Source of the DNA: Octopus vulgaris
Lineage: Eukaryota
Direction of reading: 5' to 3'
Assembly (NCBI GenBank): GCA_951406725.2
Contig: OX597815.1
Span: 90,086,001 to 90,150,000 of the forward strand
DNA length: 64,000 nt
Shown here: positions 58,380 to 64,000 of the stretch, piece by piece
Numbering within the stretch: the first letter of the stretch is position 1
How the letters are laid out: each line of letters starts with the position of its first letter
Notes under the pieces: generated by a model
What the model was told of the DNA's origin: nothing
What the model saw: the letters and a program-made list of their open reading frames with translations, nothing else
The model's database searches: none
Made by a program: the position numbers and the translations under genes

Positions 58380-59728
58380 TTTTGTTCAGTATGATGGAAT
58401 GTGTCAGTTGTTCACTGCCAACAGACTAAGGCGACACTTTCTTACTAGTCATGCTTCAAGAACCCTGCGAAGATTCTTGCAATTCCAAGCAATGCTGATT
58501 TTTGTAGGTGTTCTACCTTCACACTTGCACCATTCTTTTTCAGCCATGCTGGTTGTTGAATGTTTTGATACTTCCAAGTGCACCATTACTATTGGTATCA
58601 CGACTACTCTCTTCCATCGTATTTCATATAATCTCAACCATCGTATTTCCCACTTCCAATCGTCATATTTATTTTCCCTTATTCTTTCACAGTGACCCTG
58701 TTGTCACCGGGGCATGTTATGTCAATTTCCATATATGTTCTGTCTTTTTTATTCACCACAACGACGTCCGGTTTCCTATGTCTGGTCGGATGATCGTACT
58801 GGATCATTGCATCCAACAGGATTTTGCAATTCTCATTTTAGGTGACTCCTTCTGGAGCTTGCTCATACCACGCCTTTGCGCTTTCTGGGCATTCTCACCA
58901 TTATGTTATGGCGTATTCGTATTCGCGTTGTGCCAATTTCGGGCATTCGCTAATGATTTGCCATACAGTTTCACTCCTCTCACCACACATTCTGCATTTG
59001 TCACAACCGGTGGTATTACCTAGTCTGTACTTCATATAATTTATCCTTAACTCTTGTTCCTGAACTGTGCATATGAATGATTTTTTTCTCTATCTTCAGG
59101 TCACTACTCCTCATTCATAGCTACCGGTCTTTTGTATCTGTCATGGCGTTCACATTTCTTGCAAACTGGTCATTCCTTGTTTAAATTTATCTTTAGTTAT
59201 ACAATTTTCAGTTTAGATGACCCCGGCCTTTTTCGTGTGTTTCAAGAGTGGCTCCAACCTAGCTTGTTTTCTTCTGCTTCTATACAGACATGGAAACTGA
59301 TCAAACCTCTCCTACCCTTCTTCTGGAGAAGTAAAGCCTATCAGCGTCACCCTTAGGATGGAAGACTCCCTATACTGTCAACATTTTCTGGTCTTATTAT
59401 CTATTTTCCTCATTTCTCTCTTTTGCCATTTTATAATTCCCGCTCCATACCGAAGTGATGCTATCGTCCACGTATTAACTGCTTGGATTTTATTCCATCC
59501 ATCATCTTTGAGCGCAATAGTAACCTCAGACTTCGAAAATACTACATCCTCAGCTGCACTTCCATTTCCTTTTCCACTATCTCGTTGAACTTTAATACAC
59601 CAAGGTATCTGTGCCCTTCCATTTCAATTTGTTTAATCAAGTCTCTATTCGCTAATTCTATCCCTGCTAGGGAATGTACCTTGCCTCCTTTTCGGTAGAT
59701 TATTCCGCACTTCTTGAGTCCAAATTCC
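58380..59728 (-). mobile_element. R4/Dong lineage A-related copy, degenerate and 5'-truncated
   Basis: RYLGVL, AVNTWTIASLRYGAG, GRRGLISF, ENCKILL, LQKSALLGIARI.RRVLEA*. Confidence 0.88.
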
Positions 59729-59749
59729 CTTCTTCTTCTTCTTCTTCTT

Positions 59750-59833
<84 letters not shown>

Positions 59834-59882
59834 ATTAGTAGTAGTAGTAGTAGTAGTAGTAGCAGCAGCAGTAGTAGTAGTT

Positions 59883-59985
<103 letters not shown>

Positions 59986-60009
59986 CAGCAGTAGCAGTAG
60001 TAGTAGTAT

Positions 60010-60586
60010 TTACTTTTCCTCTACATGTTCGTAACTGTAACTTGCCGAGATACACCCAGCGTTCTGGGGCGAGTGAAGCATAACCGAAGTTACATTATGA
60101 CTGAAAGCTTGGGGAGGGGAAGTAACGAATACAATACATTTAAATGGATAGTGTGTTTCTAACGATAGGGGCAGAACACGGCAGTTTCTTACATCCCTTT
60201 TTTTTTATCATACCTAGGGCACCTACAATAACGGGAACTGTTCTCACTTTAAGATACAACATCTTTTGTACTTCAATTTCCAGGTACATATATTTACTTT
60301 GTATATCAGCGGGAACACTTACATCTAAAAGTCTACAAGTATTTTCTTTCTTGTCTTTAATGATTACGTTTTGTTGATTCTGGATCGTTCTGTCAGAGTT
60401 GAGTGGAAAATCCCAGAGAATAGTGACATTGTTATCTTTAACAACTGGCTCAGGATGTTATTCATACCAGTAAGAATGAATGCTGATTTAATAGTGTTTA
60501 CATATTTTCCAGTGTAAATACTGACCTACCCTATCGTGGCTATTTTTGTATTCGTTTGGTGTCAGCACAGGACATCCGAGACGTGA
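60010..60586 (-). mobile_element. R4/Dong 3' fragment, another lineage
   Basis: GCPVLTPNEYKNSHDRVGQYLHWKICKHY, TILWDFP, LDVSVPAD, YMYLEIEV, VPVIVGALGMIKK, RNTLSI*. Confidence 0.88.
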
Positions 60587-60679
60587 CAGCCACTAAGGGA
60601 CATGCTCAACTGGTTACGGTCAAACAACTGACAAGCAAATCTGTGGTATTGAGCAGAATATTTGATGTGGCCCATCTTT
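60587..60679 (-). mobile_element. Element X internal ~93 bp fused to a Dong ORF
   Basis: cagccactaagggacatgctcaactggtt...gagcagaatatttg...cccatcttt matches 61305-61398. Confidence 0.88.
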
Positions 60680-60680
60680 A

Positions 60681-60728
<48 letters not shown>

Positions 60729-60792
60729 CATTATTATTATTATTAGTAGTAGTAGTAGTAGTAGTAGTAGTATTATCATTATTATTATCACA

Positions 60793-60835
<43 letters not shown>

Positions 60836-60867
60836 GTATTATTGTTATTATCATTATTATTATCACA

Positions 60868-60933
<66 letters not shown>

Positions 60934-61488
60934 GAGTGAGCGAGCAGAGCATGCCATCAAAGTTACACTGGGGTAAAATATACGAAGCCCAGTATACCCA
61001 TCATGACTACCAGTCTGATAAGGGTACACCAGGCACATGCATCACAACCATATGTGCGCGACATGGTGATCTCATATCAAGATAAACAGCACATGACCTT
61101 GCAGGTGGAGCCCAGTTAGAATTTTCTTCAGATCGAGTAACCCATCCCGCTCAAAAGGTCCCTGAATAAGGGTTGTTTAAGGACGTTGAACGAAACACCC
61201 ATGTTTCCAGAGGTGAATTATTCAAACCCCAAAGAATCCTTCTCAACACATGGCTATGATGCTCCCCCACTACTTCTGCTCGTGATCAGAGATGCACATA
61301 TCGTCAGCCACTAAGGGACATGCTCAACTGGTTAAGGTCAAACAATTGACAAGCAAATCTGTGGTATTGAGCAGAATATTTGCTGTAGCCCATCTTTTAT
61401 ACCAAGACAAAACAATGTACATGATAACACTTCCAATCAGTTAAGATCAGAAGCCATGAGAGCCAGTGCCTGGTACTGCATCAGGGCA

Positions 61489-61490
<2 letters not shown>
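60934..61490 (-). mobile_element. Element X, apparently full-length non-coding retroposon in (TAA)n
   Basis: Unique ~557 bp between two (TTA)n tracts, with three other partial copies in the window. Carries a 3' hairpin resembling the Dong 3' UTR. Strand is inferred from the (TAA)n tail polarity. Confidence 0.8.
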
Positions 61491-61554
<64 letters not shown>

Positions 61555-61572
61555 GTTGTTGTTATTATTATT

Positions 61573-61790
61573 GCGGCAAGCTGGCTGAACCTTTAGCACG
61601 CCGGGTTAAATGCTTAGTAGCTTTAATCCGTCTGTATTTTCTGAATTCAAATTCCGGCGATGTCGACTTTACCTGTCATCCATTCGTGGTAGATAAAATA
61701 AGTACCAGTTGTGTACCGGGTCGATGTAATCGATTATGCCCCCCCACCCCCAATTTCAGGCTTTGCGCCTATAGTAGAAAAGTTTATTAT
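61573..61790 (+). mobile_element. SINE family A
   Basis: gcggcaagctggctgaacctttagcacgccggg...gaattcaaattcc...ataagtaccag. Confidence 0.85.
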
Positions 61791-62387
61791 TATAACAGCG
61801 AGGGAAAAGCAAATATTTGTAAACTGTGTATATTCATTCTTCATTTATTTGGCCCACCATTACTTCTGCATGTGTATGCAAATTGTCCCAGCATTGTATG
61901 CCAAAAATTCTACTTCTCATCGCTGTTTGTACTTTCCGTTCTTATCGGTTCATGTGCAAGAATATATGTTATCTTTCGATTCTTTTTATCAAAAGGAATT
62001 TTTAATCCTTATAAGCCGTCTTTCTTCTCATCATATATAGCAATTTTAAATTTCCCTTTGGAATTTATCTGATAGTGAGCATGAGCAGGCTTATGGATCT
62101 GTGATCCAAGACATCAATACATGCTCCATTAAAGTAACTCTGTTGATATTATGAAAATCCATCGGCGTATTTCTGTTGAATCAATCTATACCGCTATTTA
62201 AATTCGACATTTTTTTCATAATTCAAATGAATATATCGACATTTTTAGCTTCTAGCCTATCTCTGTGGTGTTATTTGACACCATACAGTACGTTGTTACC
62301 CTGGTTTCATTATGTCAATTTGTCTTTATGTAGCTATTCTACTCCATTTGCAGTTTCCGCTGTGTCTATTTCAGGTATTACACACAC

Positions 62388-62444
<57 letters not shown>

Positions 62445-64000
62445 GCAGGTATAGGAAAGAGACGATACATGTATGTGTGTGCGTGTGTGTAATAGAGAGA
62501 GATAGAAATAGTGAAAAACTGTGGTAGAGAGTGAGGGAGAGAGAAAATGAGTGTGTTGACATGTAACATATTGGGTCTCCATAAATATTCGTAAAACGGT
62601 TATTCCTTAATAGGTATTCACGAGAAAGATTCGTGCGATTCCAAAAATAGTGTTATGTAGTAAAACATTGAAAAATAATCCCCCTCCTGAATAATTTAAA
62701 CGAGGATGAGAATCGTAATAATGAAGTTACAAACAGAACTAAGAAGCGATGAATAATGTTAGAAGCTTTCAATGGACACTAATTCACCTATTTTCAAGCA
62801 TGCATTTTCTCTCTTTTTTTTGTAAGTGCGTGAAATATCAACAATAAATATAAAATTCCTCAAAGAATTGGAGCGTTCTCAAGACGAGTAGTATCTTTGA
62901 CAAGTTTTGCATAAATTTTGAAGAGACGTGAGTAGTGTTCAGTTTTAGCAGTTAGTAAATTTTAAGCATAGAAATTCTCTTACGACGTAGCCAACGTAAA
63001 CGAGATAGTAAGCTATGTCGTATGGAAAATGAGGAACCGCTCAGTGATGATCTGTAATTTTGAAATAAAGATATTTTATACGCCAGGGTTAACCTAAAAA
63101 ATAACTTAAATCTGGTCCAGAAAAAGATAATGCTAATGTGGAAATTTAAAACCTAATTACGTATGCCAAATCATCATGTCAAAAACCCTAATTAAACTCG
63201 AAATAATGAAATAAAACTCAACGCATAGTAACTCGTATATACCGCGTCTCTTTTTTGCATCACGTACTGATGTCTGTTATTCTAAAGCTAGTCTTGCTAT
63301 CCATTCAAAGCGAGCTAGTAATCTTCTTCTGTATGTGCTTTTATCAACACGTGGACCTAAAACTAAAATAAAATAGAATAACCTAAAATAACTGTCACTT
63401 GGATTATATTACATCTGTGTGGCCGGAGCTAACCTAAACACTAACACTTATAAGCCAACTTGAATTACTTTTAAACTTCCAATTTCGTCCTCGAATATCT
63501 GACGTGGAAGACCTGTGTTCATATCTAGGTGTGTACGCATATGTGCATAGATATTCTGCGTGTATGTGTAGGGGTGTTGTGTTTATTTCTGAAGAGCTGT
63601 ATGAACCTTTTACTTATTCGAAGTCAATTCCGTCTGCGTATCAGCTACAACCAGTTGTAAAGTATTAATTGTTCATCTGAAGCATGGAGGAAAGCTGTTT
63701 ATGAGTGTTTGACTTAGTTGGATATTTCAAACGATAAATTCTTCATTTATTTTCCTTGATTCTAAATGATTTGCATGGAAGAATAGTGCACTTCTTTTGA
63801 ATGAATACATTGGAAGCATGTGAGTTTTGAATCGACAGCGAACACTTCATTCAATTTTTGTTTATGCCCCCAGCATTTTTATTATTCATTATAATTTCCT
63901 TTGACAAAAATCGCAAATATATTTTTAGACAAATAATTGGTAAATCGATGGACTAACGTACTATTGTTAGTTGCTCAGAAATGGTGTTGGCATTATGTGA

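Noticed and set aside
61190-61310. CTGACGA and GAAAC motifs in element X as a hammerhead
   Set aside because: The stems cannot be paired canonically by eye. An Infernal search would be needed.
61430-61490. Faint similarity of the X end to 5S rRNA or U2 snRNA
   Set aside because: Only scattered short matches, and on the strand opposite to the inferred transcript.
63085-63450. Scattered aacctaa/aaccctaa motifs as telomeric sequence
   Set aside because: Not tandem, and there is no TTAGGG array.

Overview
AT-rich, microsatellite-dense eukaryotic DNA with no confidently identifiable host gene. The repeat content suggests a cephalopod (probably Octopus), which is an inference from recalled SINE sequences. 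Most short ORFs in the track are microsatellite translations. The window is dominated by R4/Dong-clade (restriction-like endonuclease) non-LTR retrotransposons of several lineages, stacked head-to-tail in (TAA)n tracts. One 5'-truncated copy has an uninterrupted RT/CCHC/PD-(D/E)xK ORF (5691-8075). Other elements: two Penelope-like GIY-YIG remnants with foldback ends, two tRNA-type SINE families, CR1-, Tx1- and RTE-like fragments, a Tc1/mariner relic and a non-autonomous Helitron. The most notable item is a ~557-bp non-coding element ('X', 60934-61490, with partial copies at 11048, 38051 and 60587). It sits in (TAA)n, shares a GGT-loop 3' stem-loop with the Dong elements, and is fused directly to Dong coding sequence three times. 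It is a candidate non-autonomous parasite of the Dong machinery.
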